From Macrostomum lignano (Eukaryota), in assembly GCA_002269645.1 (NCBI GenBank), contig NIVC01000604.1, forward strand, positions 331,128-395,127: 64,000 bases of DNA, given 5' to 3'. Below, piece by piece: positions 12,101 through 23,619 of the stretch. Every line of letters starts with the position of its first letter. The stretch's first letter is position 1. Made by a program: the position numbers and the translations under genes. The notes under the pieces are model-generated. The model saw only the letters and a list, made by a program, of their open reading frames with translations. It had not been told where the DNA came from and made no database searches.

Positions 12101-13103
12101 TTACTTTGAATATTTGCATAAAAAGACAAAAACTAAAGCAAGTTACTAATGTATAAGAGTAATAGAAATTGTACTCACCCATATCAACTTAAATTATAAC
12201 TGAATATAAATAGCTATTAATAAATTATAATTAAAATTAAAAAGTAAAAATTTCAGTTCATTAGAGCTTTCAAATTTATACATAGAGGTAGAGCAATCAA
12301 ATAAAAAATTGACATTTTTAAAGCCTGGTGAAAAGAATTATTCACTAGGATTAGAGACTTAGTCTTAGGTAATAAATATTTTTATCCTGTGCATAGTGTG
12401 TTAGGATTTAGGATGATGATGTAAAAATAGTAAAATAATATAAAATAAAAATAATTTTTAGTAAATTGGATATAAAATAAAAAAAGAATATCAAATAAGT
12501 GAAATAAAAATAATATATTTTACATTAAATATGCCTAGTAAAATACTTAGGGCCTTTAGTTAGTTAAACTAACAATCTATATTAAATAGCGACTGATACT
12601 GATTTAATGAAAAAAATACTGACTTGGTCTTGTTAGTGTTAGTCATAATTTAAGTCTGGCTTAAAAATTGATAGCTTTCTTAAGACCAAGTAAAAAACAA
12701 TATGAAATTCGCATTGGTAAATAGTGTCTGTATTTAATTACATGGACAGGTCTAGTAGAAATTAGGATAGTTACGAATATGCATTGAAAGGGAACAACAC
12801 ACACTTGTGACGATTCGCAACTTTGCGCTTATGAAATGAAATGTGTCATGGAAGTCCCTACCACTCATGCTACCACTTCGCACAAAAACAGTTAAATAAT
12901 TTTCGCGCGTGCCTATCAGAAGCAAAATTAAAAAGAATCCAAAACCTCCGAGCTATATTCTAAAGAAAATTTGTATTCATTAGTAAATTACAGTAAGATT
13001 TTAATTTTTGTACAGTATTAAAATTTTTGTGCAAAAATATTTGTTCGAAATGAAACCTCTGAAAAACCTCAAAACCTCCGAAACCTCTCGATGAGAATCA
13101 GCC
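9146..13103. mobile_element. ~4 kb non-autonomous TIR element, MULE/Mutator-like
   Basis: ~210-bp TIRs at ~9146-9358 and ~12891-13103 beginning GG(G/C)TGATTCTCATCGAGAGG; perfect 10-bp TSD GCAAGAACAA at 9136-9145 and 13104-13113. No intact transposase inside. Confidence 0.8.
10860..11470 (-). pseudogene. Degenerate retrotransposon gag-like (zinc-knuckle) fragment inside the MULE-like element
   Basis: GC-richer island; the minus strand reads CGNCVKGTHTKHFCPA..ECY*, resembling Gypsy Gag CxxC...H...CPA knuckles, with stops and frameshifts. Confidence 0.4.
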
Positions 13104-14336
13104 GCAAGAACAACTGCTTTCTAGTCTAGTCTTAAGTCTGTACAAGCTTAGAATTATTTTAAAAACTTTAAGTTGCCAAAAATTAAAAAAGTTACTCTTT
13201 ATTTATAAAAAAAAAATAGCTTTAGCCTGTGAAATAGCTTTATTATGTTTTGTTTTATGCAGTTATATGTGTCAGCACGATTTCAAGTTTAACGAAACCC
13301 GAGGTGACGTGCCCGACGTTAGGCGATATAGAACTAGAGCACAGCAACAACCGCCTATAAGGCGGTCCGTGTCATGCTATATGATACAGTAGCATGCTAT
13401 TGATCGCCTTTTTTATGCGCACGTAGGCCCCAAAATGGCACAAATTTAAACAGCCGTTTCTGCTTATTTTTATAGTTCACTATGCAAAGTAGCGATTTTA
13501 CTACTATTTTCTAGTACAGTAATTTTAGTGTCACTAGAATGCTAGATAAATATTAGGATGATTTCTAAAGGTACAAGTGTTAACATTTGATATTATTTAA
13601 TGTAGGTCTAGCTGTTTATTATTTCAACATCATTGAAATAGCGAATTAATATTATTATTAGAACAAGAGAACAATAAGGCTCGACCTGACTTAAGTGAAC
13701 TTTAAAGCGTGACAGGAATAGGATGGCGCTCAGTTTGTAGCTAGGCCTATGCACAATTTTGTAACTCAATAACTGTGTGACTAAGCTAAGGCTATATATT
13801 CTACTTTCTGAACCCTGAGTTTAGTAGGAGAGAAACTATCTAGTAAAGCTTGTGGCCTACTGATAAATTGAGTAGGCATTTAAATATTTAGGGTTCTAAT
13901 AGACTATAGCCTATTATATATACCTAGTATAACTAGCTGCTAGCATAAAATTCTATAAATGGATGTATTTTTTGTATTTTAAAGTTTATAATTAAATTAG
14001 GTTCTATTCTACTATTTTATATTATAGGCCCTAGGCTAAGTCAATTACTGAAATAGTATTTAGTATTTAAATGTTCTATTTTTTGTTTTTTAACCTTCCC
14101 CTTCCCCACACACACCTTGCTAGCCTTCCCTAAACCCTGCTAGCCTTCCCTAAACCTTGCTAGCCTTCCCTAAACCTTGCTAGCCTTCCCTAAACCCTGC
14201 TGTCTTTCATTATACCCTGATGGCCTTCTCATACCCTGCTGGCTTTTCCTACATCCTGGCTAGCCTTCCCCACACTTTGCCAGCCTTCCTTATACCCTGC
14301 CTTGCTGGCCTTCCTATACGCTGCTACCCTTTCTTA

Positions 14337-14611
14337 TATATATGTGCAACCCCCCTGATTTACACTGGCCATGCGACTTACTTTTTGACCAAAAATGCAA
14401 CTTACCCATGAAAGAAACCCTAAAGCAACATCAATGCAATTTTGGTTAAACGGCAAGAGTAACTATGACTGTCTTATAAGGGCTAAATGCCTCATCATCT
14501 AATTAGTACTATGTCTATTCTTTGGGGTGGGCATTTTTGCGACTTATCCCTGGTCCACCACAATTTACAGTGGCCAGATCAGCCAGGTTGGCCAGCAGTT
14601 GCGCATGTATA
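14337..14611. mobile_element. 275-bp MITE with 8-bp TSD inserted in the left arm
   Basis: TIRs TATATATGTGCAAC and (revcomp) TATACATGCGCAAC; TSD CTTTCTTA at 14329-14336 and 14612-14619. The right arm (~20390) shows the empty site with a single copy. Confidence 0.7.
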
Positions 14612-14625
14612 CTTTCTTACCTATA

Positions 14626-15275
14626 TAGTAGTGTTCTGCCATAAAGAGGGTCCATGTACCATAGCCGCAGCCGTAAGCAAAACTAAGGCTTATTCCAATT
14701 CTCTGTATTCCATAGCCGTAAAGACCCCGAAATTACTAAATTCCCATAGTTCTCATAGCCATAGCTGTAGTTTTAACAAAAAGTCTAGAAAACAAAATAT
14801 TTTGAATCAAGAAGATAACCTAATGCTTAAACAACTGCAAATTAAGGTAGAAAATAAAAGAATCACTCAATTGCCTTTGTAAGATTATATTTCGTCTTTT
14901 TTCAGAGCAACAATACTTAATCGTTACTGAAAGTACTAATGCTAAACTTTTTTGCATTAATAAAAATTAGAGTTTGCTAGTGTTTTATTGTACTTTTTTA
15001 GGTATATTTTATAAGTTTCTAGGTTGATAATACATTTTAGTAAAAGTATCTTTGTTTTACTTTACCTGTTTCTAATATTTTTTCAATTTTTTAAAATTAA
15101 TGACTATGGCTATGGAAATCTACGGAATGTGATAGCAACTACCATATTTCCGTAGTCATAGCCATAAGAGCAGCTAGCTACTGTAGGCATATCCGTAGCT
15201 GCCATAGGCACCTATTTTACTGTATTTGCCATAGGATCCCATAGCTGTAGCTACGGCTACAGTAAAACACTACTA
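14626..15275. mobile_element. 650-bp TA-inserted MITE (Tc1/mariner-type target site)
   Basis: TIRs TAGTAGTGTT and AACACTACTA flanked by TA; empty site CCTATATAGACC is visible in the right arm. Confidence 0.6.
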
Positions 15276-15659
15276 TACAGACCTTCCCTATATCCTGGTG
15301 GCCTTTTCTATACTTTGCCACCTTTCTCTATATCCTGCTAGCCTTCCTTACACCCTATTGCCTTTTACCATACCCTACTGGCTTTCCATACCCTACTACC
15401 TTTTCCTACTAATGCAGGCCTTCCCCATACCTTGCTGCCTCTCACTGTTTTCTGTAGGCCTTCCCTGCATCCTGCTTGCCTTCTTCATACCCTGCTGTCC
15501 TTCCCCACACCCTGCTTGCCTTTCCCACACCCTGCTGGCCTTCACCATGCCCTGAGGCCTTTACCATACCCTCCTGGCCTTCACTACCAATATAGGCCTT
15601 CTTCATACCTTGCTGGCCTTCGCCACACCATGAGGCCTTTACCACACCCTGCTACCCAT

Positions 15660-16870
15660 AGAAACATTGTGTCCCTTGGACTCTGCATTTCGCTGGAGGC
15701 AAAAGTGACTTGGAAGGTGAACTTTGCAGTGGGAGACCCAGGACCTCCACCAGCTAGTGTCATCAAGCATATGCAGAGCCTCTTTGACAAGGACAGGCGA
15801 GTGACTGTTGCTGAGATAGCAGAGGCCTGTGGCATCAGTTATGACAGTGCAAGTCCATCCTGACAGTCCAGCTGGGAATTTTGAAGATTTTTGCCAGATG
15901 GGTTCTGCAACTCCTGACTTCACTGATGCAGTGCAACAGGGTGCAGGCTTGCTATCAGCTGATCTACATGATGCAATGCCGCCAAAAGAAGTTTCTTGAC
16001 TCTATCATGACAGGGGGTGAGTCGATGAACCCACCATTGAAGAACAAGGCAATGCCATAGGTAAAGAATCAGATGGGCACCATCTTCTGGGATTGCTGGG
16101 ATGTGCTGCTGATTGAGTGGCTACCTGAGAAGCAGAGTCACGGGTAACTCCTACTCCACCTGAAGGAGAATATCAAGGAAAAAAGGCTTGGAAACATTAC
16201 CAGGGCTGCGTGGCTGGTCCATGATAACACTTTGGACAAGGTGCAGGCAGCCATTCGTGTGCGGGGTTCTATCTGGCAGCTCCACCACACTGCTCATTGT
16301 CAGCTGCCTCCCTCAGACTCTGGAGGGGGCAACTCTCTAGAAGCTAAAAAGTTTCCTTTGTGGTCACCAGTAGTGCAAACAGCCAGGTGAAGATTGGTAT
16401 GTTGAAGACATCAACTAGCTACTAGAGCTGGGTTTTTTTTGTGCAAATGGGTGCGAATAGCATCCTGGTCTTAAAAATCGCACCCTGAAATTTGACTCAG
16501 GGTGCGAAAAGTGCACCCAAATTTTTGCAAGGATATGATGTGGGTTTTACAATTTAGTGTTTTACTGTTATAGACTGTTATGGATATGCGTTTGGAATTT
16601 GGAATTTGGATCATCATTGGATGGTTTGGATGGACAAAAACTTTGAAACACTATTAGTATTAGACCAGTTTTTGTCTGCAGCAGTGCAGCGCATCCTGGT
16701 CTTGAAAATCGCACCCTGAAATCTAGCACAGGGTGCGAAATCGCACCCAAGTTATGGACAAAAAAACCCAGTACCAGAGTGCAGTGTGTCACTATGCAAG
16801 AACTTTTTTGAGAGGGTTCAGGATGATTAACAGTTTCATCATTGACAGAAATTTTTGATTGCCCCTCGTA
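15660..16870 (+). pseudogene. Mariner transposase relic, 5' truncated, with right TIR
   Basis: DKDRRVTVAEIAEACGISY..SILTVQLG..ARWV, FLDSIMTGGES, MGTIFWD and VHDN match mariner motifs; many stops and frameshifts. It ends in a mariner-type TIR (revcomp TACGAGGGGCAATCAAAAA) at 16870. Confidence 0.85.
16428..16771. mobile_element. 344-bp MITE inserted in the mariner C-terminus
   Basis: TIRs CTGGGTTTTTTT...AAAAAAACCCAG; TSD TACTAGAG/TACCAGAG (7/8). Removing it restores the mariner tail. Confidence 0.7.
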
Positions 16871-16959
16871 GAAACTCAATTGCCATAGCTTTTAAAATAA
16901 AAACTTTTAATTCATAACTAAATCAATAGTCCACCACTACAACTTTTTCTTGGCTGTTA

Positions 16960-17600
16960 CTTGGCTGTTTCTTGGTTGCACAGCCGTCCCGTCAACTTTG
17001 ACCAGTTGCACAGCTGTCCCGCCAACTTTGACTGGTTGCACAGCTGTCCTGCCAACTTTTACTGGTTGCACAGCTGTCTCGCCAACTTTGGCTAGTTGCA
17101 CAGCTGTCCCGCCAACTTTGATCGGTTGCACAGCTGTCCCACCAACTTTGGCTAGTTGCACAGCTGTCCCACCGACTTTGGCTAGTTGCACAGCTGTCCC
17201 GCCAACTTTGATCGGTTGCACAGCTGTCCTGCCAACTTTTACTGGTTGCACAGCTGTCTCGCCAACTTTGGCTAGTTGCACAGCTGTCCCGCCAACTTTG
17301 ATCGGTTGCACAGCTGTCCCACCGACTTTGGCTAGTTGCACAGCTGTCCCACCGACTTTGGCTAGTTGCACAGCTGTCCCGCCAACTTTGATCGGTTGCA
17401 CAGCTGTCCCGCCGACTTTTACCGGTTGCACAGCTGTCCTGCCAACTTACCAGCACAGGTGAGTTGCTGCTTTTTCCCAGCAGCACAGGTGACTGGCTGC
17501 TCGTTCCCGGCAGCACAGGTGACTCGCTGCTCATTCCCAGCAGCACAGGTGACTTGCTGCTTGTTCCCGACAGCACAGGTTACTCGCTGCTCATTCCTGG
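16960..17600. repeat. Two adjacent 30-bp minisatellites
   Basis: GGTTGCACAGCTGTCCCGCCAACTTTGATC-type units to ~17450, then CAGCACAGGTGACT...-type units. Confidence 0.9.
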
Positions 17601-17958
17601 CTGTAGTAGTGAGTTGTTTAAGAAATTCACTGCATTGATGTTTTTCTCAAATTTTATTTGAGCCCTGGCATCCCAGATTCTTTGAAGCTCTGTTTTTGAG
17701 AGCTTTTGTGGGTGAATATCACTTTGAATTCTGGCCGACCAGTGAACCCATCAACTGTACAATGCAATTTTTCCAAATTGCAGCTGCCGTCTGCCGATAG
17801 CTTTCTCTAAAAGTAGAAGTAAAAGCATGTTTCCAGTATCAGGGATATTTATGCAGCAGAATAAAAACTAGTAATAAATGTTCATAAATTTGTAAGCTTT
17901 TTACTTGTAAGTTAATATAGTGGAATTTCAGATATGGCAAAATGATTGCTAATGTAAT

Positions 17959-18278
17959 TAGTGCTGGGCATGTTACTTGTTACAAAAATGGTAACGATTG
18001 TTTCTTTTAGGAATTTTTCCTGTTACCATTACTCATTACCCATGACCATGATATTATGCATAATCACAATGGCAGCGTATCGAGTTAGTATAACAAAAGT
18101 AAAAAATGTTTCTTTCAATAGAATGGGGGACTAATGAAAACAGTAAAATAGCAATAACAATAGTCTTTTGCCAAAAATTATAAGAAGATCAAAGTAATGA
18201 GTAACAAAGTAACGATCGTTACTTTTTTCCAAAATTTTTTGTTACTTGTTAATTTTTTGAGTAACATGTCCAACACTG
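17959..18278. mobile_element. 320-bp hAT MITE
   Basis: TIRs TAGTGCTGGGCATGTTAC and GTAACATGTCCAACACTG; perfect 8-bp TSD AATGTAAT at 17951-17958 and 18279-18286. Confidence 0.85.
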
Positions 18279-18649
18279 AATGTAATACTCATAATTCTCA
18301 AAAATAGAATAGGCTTGCAATCATTTTACCATGAAATACCAAAAATTATTACAAGAGAAGCTATATGGGGTTTCAACAAGGACCCATGCATGCAATTGTT
18401 AAGCCCTTACTTACTTAACTTGTTCTGCAGCATAGTGCTAACAGCAATGCACAAGTTAGCCACAGTCAATGGCTGGGAAGTAGCAGCAGACACCCACAAT
18501 TGAAATGCCTAAAAATGTACAATTTTAGAAAAATATGCATATTTTTTAAATAAAGTCTAATTACTCCAATCAACTCGCTTCCTAATAATTTCTTTGAATA
18601 CTCTCAGTAAACTAAATAAAGAAAACCTGCGATTTTATGAGCTACTTAC

Positions 18650-19011
18650 AGAGGCAACATTAGTTCGTTCACAAAAGCCTAAGACTTCTTGCGATTTGTA
18701 AATGGTAGTGGTGCCTTCAGCTTTGGAATGCAAGACCACGAGAACTTGGTAGCCTTTGGCTAACTTGACCTGGTAGTGAAGGCACACATTGAAATTAGCA
18801 ACATAGATCATAATTGGTCCAGAAGAGTATATGACACGCATGTATGCAATAAGCATGCATTTGAACTCGCTTATGATACTGTTAGCCATGCTAACCAGCT
18901 TCTTCCTCTGAAAAGAGGCGGTATCTATGCGTTCCACTGCTTGGGCATGCAAGGCTTCATTCGCCTGCTTGTTGAGCAAAGCATAATGCTTGCGAAGGCC
19001 GCTGACTTGAT
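18650..19011 (-). CDS. Putative two-exon coding fragment of unknown function inside the Foldback-like element (19011-18896, 18769-18650)
   Basis: Canonical TTTTTAG/GTTAG and CCAG/GTAAGT boundaries with open, phase-consistent frames: QVSGLRKHYALLNKQANEALHAQAVERIDTASFQRKKL|VKLAKGYQVLVVLHSK... No recognised family. Confidence 0.35.
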
Positions 19012-22000
19012 CTAAAAATTAAGGATTACCATTTGAGCATAAGAATCACAGCAGCATTCTAAATCTTACATGCCAAAATGACACTGTTTCTAAAACTATT
19101 TTATGTAGGTGTCATTTAGGTGGGTGAATGAAAGAAATTTCAATTTAAATTAAATGTATACCAACAACGTTTAAACTCGGATTGTAATTAATTTGCTCAA
19201 ATACATTCTAAGCACTAGGCCTTCTAGCAGTACGTGACATCTACTAATTGAAAGAAGTCATACAAGTATTCACAGAGCTAGAAAACCAAAAAATCTAAGG
19301 ACTTGAGTAAAGTCATATTAAATAAGCTTCTGCTAGTGACCAGGCTGTAGAATACATTCACCTGGAGCACCAGGGTGTAGAAAAAGAATCAAGGTATGAG
19401 GATGGCGGCAGTGTATGGGAAAAGATACCAAGGGTCTGGGGATTGGTACTAGGGTATGGGAAAGGATATCAGGGTATGGAGATTGCTGGATTGGGAAGGT
19501 CAACTGGATCAGGGAAAGGCCATCAGGGTGTGGGGAATGCCAGCAGGGTATAGTAAAGGCCAATAGGGCATTAAACAGGTGCTAAGGCATAGGAAAAATC
19601 ATCAAGGTATAGGGAAAACCAACAGGGTTGGTTAAGGCCATCAGGGTGTGGGGAAAGGTAGCAGGGACAGGGAGTAGGGAAGGCCAGCAGGGTGTAGAAA
19701 AGGCCACCAGGATGTAAGGAAGGCCAGAAGGGTGTGGAGAAAGCCAGCAGGGCGTGGGGAAGGCCAGCAGGGTGTAGGGAAGGCCAGCAGGGTGTGGGGA
19801 AGGCCACCAGGATGCGAGGAAGGCCAGAAGGGTGTGGGGAAGGCCAGCAGGGCGTGGGGAAGGCCAGTAGGGTATGGGGAAGACCACCAGGATGTGAGGA
19901 AGGCCAGAAGGGTGTGGGGAAGGCCAGTAGGGTGTGGTAAAGGCCATCCATCAGGGTCATGGTGAAGGTCAGTAGGGTTGGTGAAAGCCATCAAGGTGCA
20001 ATGAAGGTCAGCAGGGTGTGGAGAAGGCCATCAGGGTATGGGGAAGGCCATTAGGGTGTGGGGAAAGGGTAGTAGAGATAGGAAGTAGGGAAGGCCAGCA
20101 GGGTATAGAAAAGGCCACCAGGATGAGGAAGGCCAGAAGGGTGTGGGGAAGGCCAGCAGGGTATTGGGAAGGACAGCAAGGTAAACAGGGTGCAGGGAAG
20201 GCCCACAGAAGACAGTGAGAGGCAGCAAGGTATGGGGAAGGCCTGCATTGGTAGGAAAGGGTAGCAGGGTGTGGAAAGCCAGTAGGGTATAGTAAAAGGC
20301 AATAGGGTGTAAGGAAGGCCAGCAGGATATAGAGAAAGGTGGCAAGGTATAGAAAAGGCCACCAGGATATAGGGAAGGTCTATATAGGTAAGAAAGGGTA
20401 GCAGTGTATAGGAAGGCCAGCAGGGTATAAGGAAGGCTAGCAGAGTGTAGGGAAGGCTAGCCAGGATGTGGGAAAAGCCAGCAGGGTATGGGAAGGCCAG
20501 CAAGATGTAATGAAGGCTAGCAAGATACAGTGAAAAGCAGCAAGGTGTGTGAAAGGCAGCAGGGTATAAAAAAGGCCCCCAGGAGACAGTGAAAGATAGC
20601 AAGGTATAAGGAAAGCCTACATTGATAAGAAAGGGTAGCAGGGTATGAGAAGGCCATCAGAGTATAGTGAAAGGCAGCAGGGTTTAGGGAAGGCTAGCAG
20701 GGTTTAGAGAAGGCTAGCAGGGTTTAGGGAAGGCTAGCAGGGTGTGTGTGGGGAAGGGGAAGGTTAAAAAACAAAAAATAAAACCTTTTAAATACTAAAT
20801 ACTAATTCAGTAATTGACTTAGCCTAGGGCCTATAACATAAAATAGTAGAATAGAACCTAATTTAATAATAAACTTTAAAATACAAAAAATACATCTATA
20901 AACGTTAAAATTCAAAAACAGCTAAACCTACATTAAATAATGTCAAATGTTAACACTTGTAACTTTAGAAATCATCCTAATATTTATCTAGCATTCTAGT
21001 GACACTAAAATTACTGTACTAGAAAATAGTAATAAAATCGCTACTTTGCATAGTGAACTATAAAAATAAGCAGAAATGGCTGTTCAAATTTGTGCCATTT
21101 TGGGGCCTATATGCGCATAAAAAAGGCAATCAATAGCATGCTACTGTATCATATAGCATGACATGGACCACCTTATAGGCGGTTTTTGCTGTGTTCTATA
21201 CTGCCTAACATGTATTATATACGGCTGGAATTAAAGGTTATTCCTTAGTCCTTAGTCATTTGAATAAACCGTAAAAATTCCAGACAATCTTTCAAATACC
21301 TTACTTATACAAATATTGTAACTTGTATTCTTCAATCATATAAAAATAATCAACCTTTTCAACAAATATTAAATACATTAAATCATATTGGCAAAACAGG
21401 CTCTTTGCCTGAGCCAAACTTACTACTACTACTACTAGAATCTTACAAAGTTCACTCAGTCACCTGACAGACGAAACAAGAACCAAGTAGGCTTATTATT
21501 ATCATATTACTAGCTAAATGTTATTGCCAGAGTATATATGAACATTATTTTAGACGTGCTCCTTTGTAGTCCTGAGCAGTTTTGTTGGATTATATGTTCC
21601 TTAACTCCCAACATCCCAAGCTGCAACTGCAACTGCAAGCAATTTTTTGTGCTTGTGTTACATGTTGACAGCATTACTAGGCCTAGTAAAATGGTCATGG
21701 AAGTCAAAGTCGGATTGTCTGCTGTTGTATTTGTCTACATCAAGTAATAAATTCTGGTTTAAAAGTACTAAAAATTATTTTCAATAACAATATGTTAAAG
21801 TCAAAGAGATCATGTGAAGTCTAAAATATCATCTAATACCAATCATAATCAGATCTCCAGTAAGATATTTAAAGTTATTTTTAGCATTTTTTCCATTTGA
21901 TAAATTTTTCTTGAATATTAGTATAATAATAAAAAAGTTGAATACATTTTTATCTTGAATTTTTAACACATGATGTATAATGTCTTTTGCCTATTGCATT

Positions 22001-22838
22001 TGGTACTATGAATATGATCATTTTTGCCCAAAAAGATGTTTTTCTTACAGATATTTTCTATATGCCTAATATGTCATTTTTAGTTTTTGTATTTAAATGA
22101 TTTTAATAATATATAACTAGAATAGCCAAAACCTTTGAAACAAGCTATAGGCCTAGGCCTACTCTAGTAGAAGGCAAAAATACTAGAATAACTAGATATG
22201 TCACTTGCTAAAAATACATTCTAATTTTTTCAGTAGCAAATTTAGTGTTTTTTGCCTTTATAATAGTGAAATAAAAATATATCTAATGTTTATATAATAT
22301 TTAAAGTTTTTAAAGCTATAATTTTTTGCCTTTCTAGAAGCAGTCCATATTTCGGATCGTGTATTAGTGTATGCCAGGTTTAATGCTGAAAAATGATGAG
22401 ACATTGTTTATATGCCAGGTTTAATGCCAGAAAAAAATGACGAGACCTTGTTTGTATGGATCCTAGTCATTTCGTCAACTGCCATTTTGTCAACTGGACA
22501 CATCGTCAACCTGTTCCCTATATTGTTGTTGTTTTGTCAACCAACCAATAAGATACTTTCAAAGCTTGTTTATTTCGTCAACTGTTCAATGGGACAATGT
22601 CAACTTTTGGTCGCTTCGTCAACTGCCAATAATACATGCCCTGCATTAAACTTTTTCCTTTCTGACTTGTATTCTTAGATGCTGCAATGATCAACACAGT
22701 ATCTCTAAAACTACATGTTTTAGTCTCTAAAACCACTGTATTCAGTTGCATTTTTATTCAATGCAGCCCTCCTCCTTTCTCATTCTGGGCTTGGGACCAG
22801 ACAATGGTGGAGTTACTGCCACAAAGATGCAGTTTGTA

Positions 22839-23006
22839 CATGCTTGGGCGCAACCTAGGGATTCACCCGGCCGTTTCTATTGGCAACACACACATGTAAG
22901 TCGCTATTGGACAGAATAGTAGTCACGTGACTGCTCTCAGCCAATAGCGACTTACATGTGTGTGTTGCCAATAGAAACGGCCGAGTGATTCCCAAGGTTG
23001 CGCATG
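22839..23006. repeat. Near-perfect ~160-bp palindrome (hairpin MITE)
   Basis: Arms GCGCAACC...CGGCCGTTTCTATTGGCAACACACACATGTAAGTCGCTATTGG are inverted around a central AGTCACGTGACT (22921-22932). Termini resemble the 14337-14611 MITE TIR. Confidence 0.8.
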
Positions 23007-23226
23007 TATGATGTTTGTATGGTAAAAAAAGGAAAAATGCATTGCACAAAATCACAAAGATCACAAAGGCCACCACAAAGGTCACAATCAAATATAAAGC
23101 TGAAGATATACGCAGAATGTACAATACACTTATCTACTTCTACACTGTATACACTTATACTATATACACTTCGAATTAAACGACAGTCACAGTAAAAGTT
23201 TAATTAGTCCCAGTAAAACATACTAG

Positions 23227-23229
<3 letters not shown>

Positions 23230-23266
<37 letters not shown>

Positions 23267-23275
23267 GCTGCTGCA
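23230..23275. repeat. (CTG)n microsatellite
   Basis: Directly visible. Confidence 0.9.
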
Positions 23276-23619
23276 AACATCTTCTCTCCACCCCCTCTAT
23301 CTTTCATTCTGCTCTCACTTTCATGCACTCATGTGAGCTCATGCAGCTCACATTTCAATGGCAAGGATACATGCATGATGGTAATGGTAAAACACAATAC
23401 AAAACACAATAGATCTCTTCCTCTTTCTCTTACTATTTTTACTAACTTTCTAACTCTTTCACTCACTCACTCTTTCCTTCCCCCCTCTCTCTCACCCTCA
23501 CTCTGATTCTTATACTCCGAGTCCTACTCTAAGCCACTTAAATGCTCCAGTGGCAACTGCATGCTGTACAGTATATTCATTGTACATGCTAGCGCAAGTG
23601 GCCATATATAGGCAGCTTC

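Larger units (their letters stand above)
13318..21208. mobile_element. ~7.9 kb Foldback-like element with long modular inverted arms
   Basis: Left arm 13318-~15655 and right arm ~19400-21208 are reverse complements. Each has a unique outer domain (GTTAGGC...CCGCCTATAAGG...) and an inner ~20-bp CCTTCCCCACACCCTGCTGG-type minisatellite. No TSD beyond a possible TA. Confidence 0.7.
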
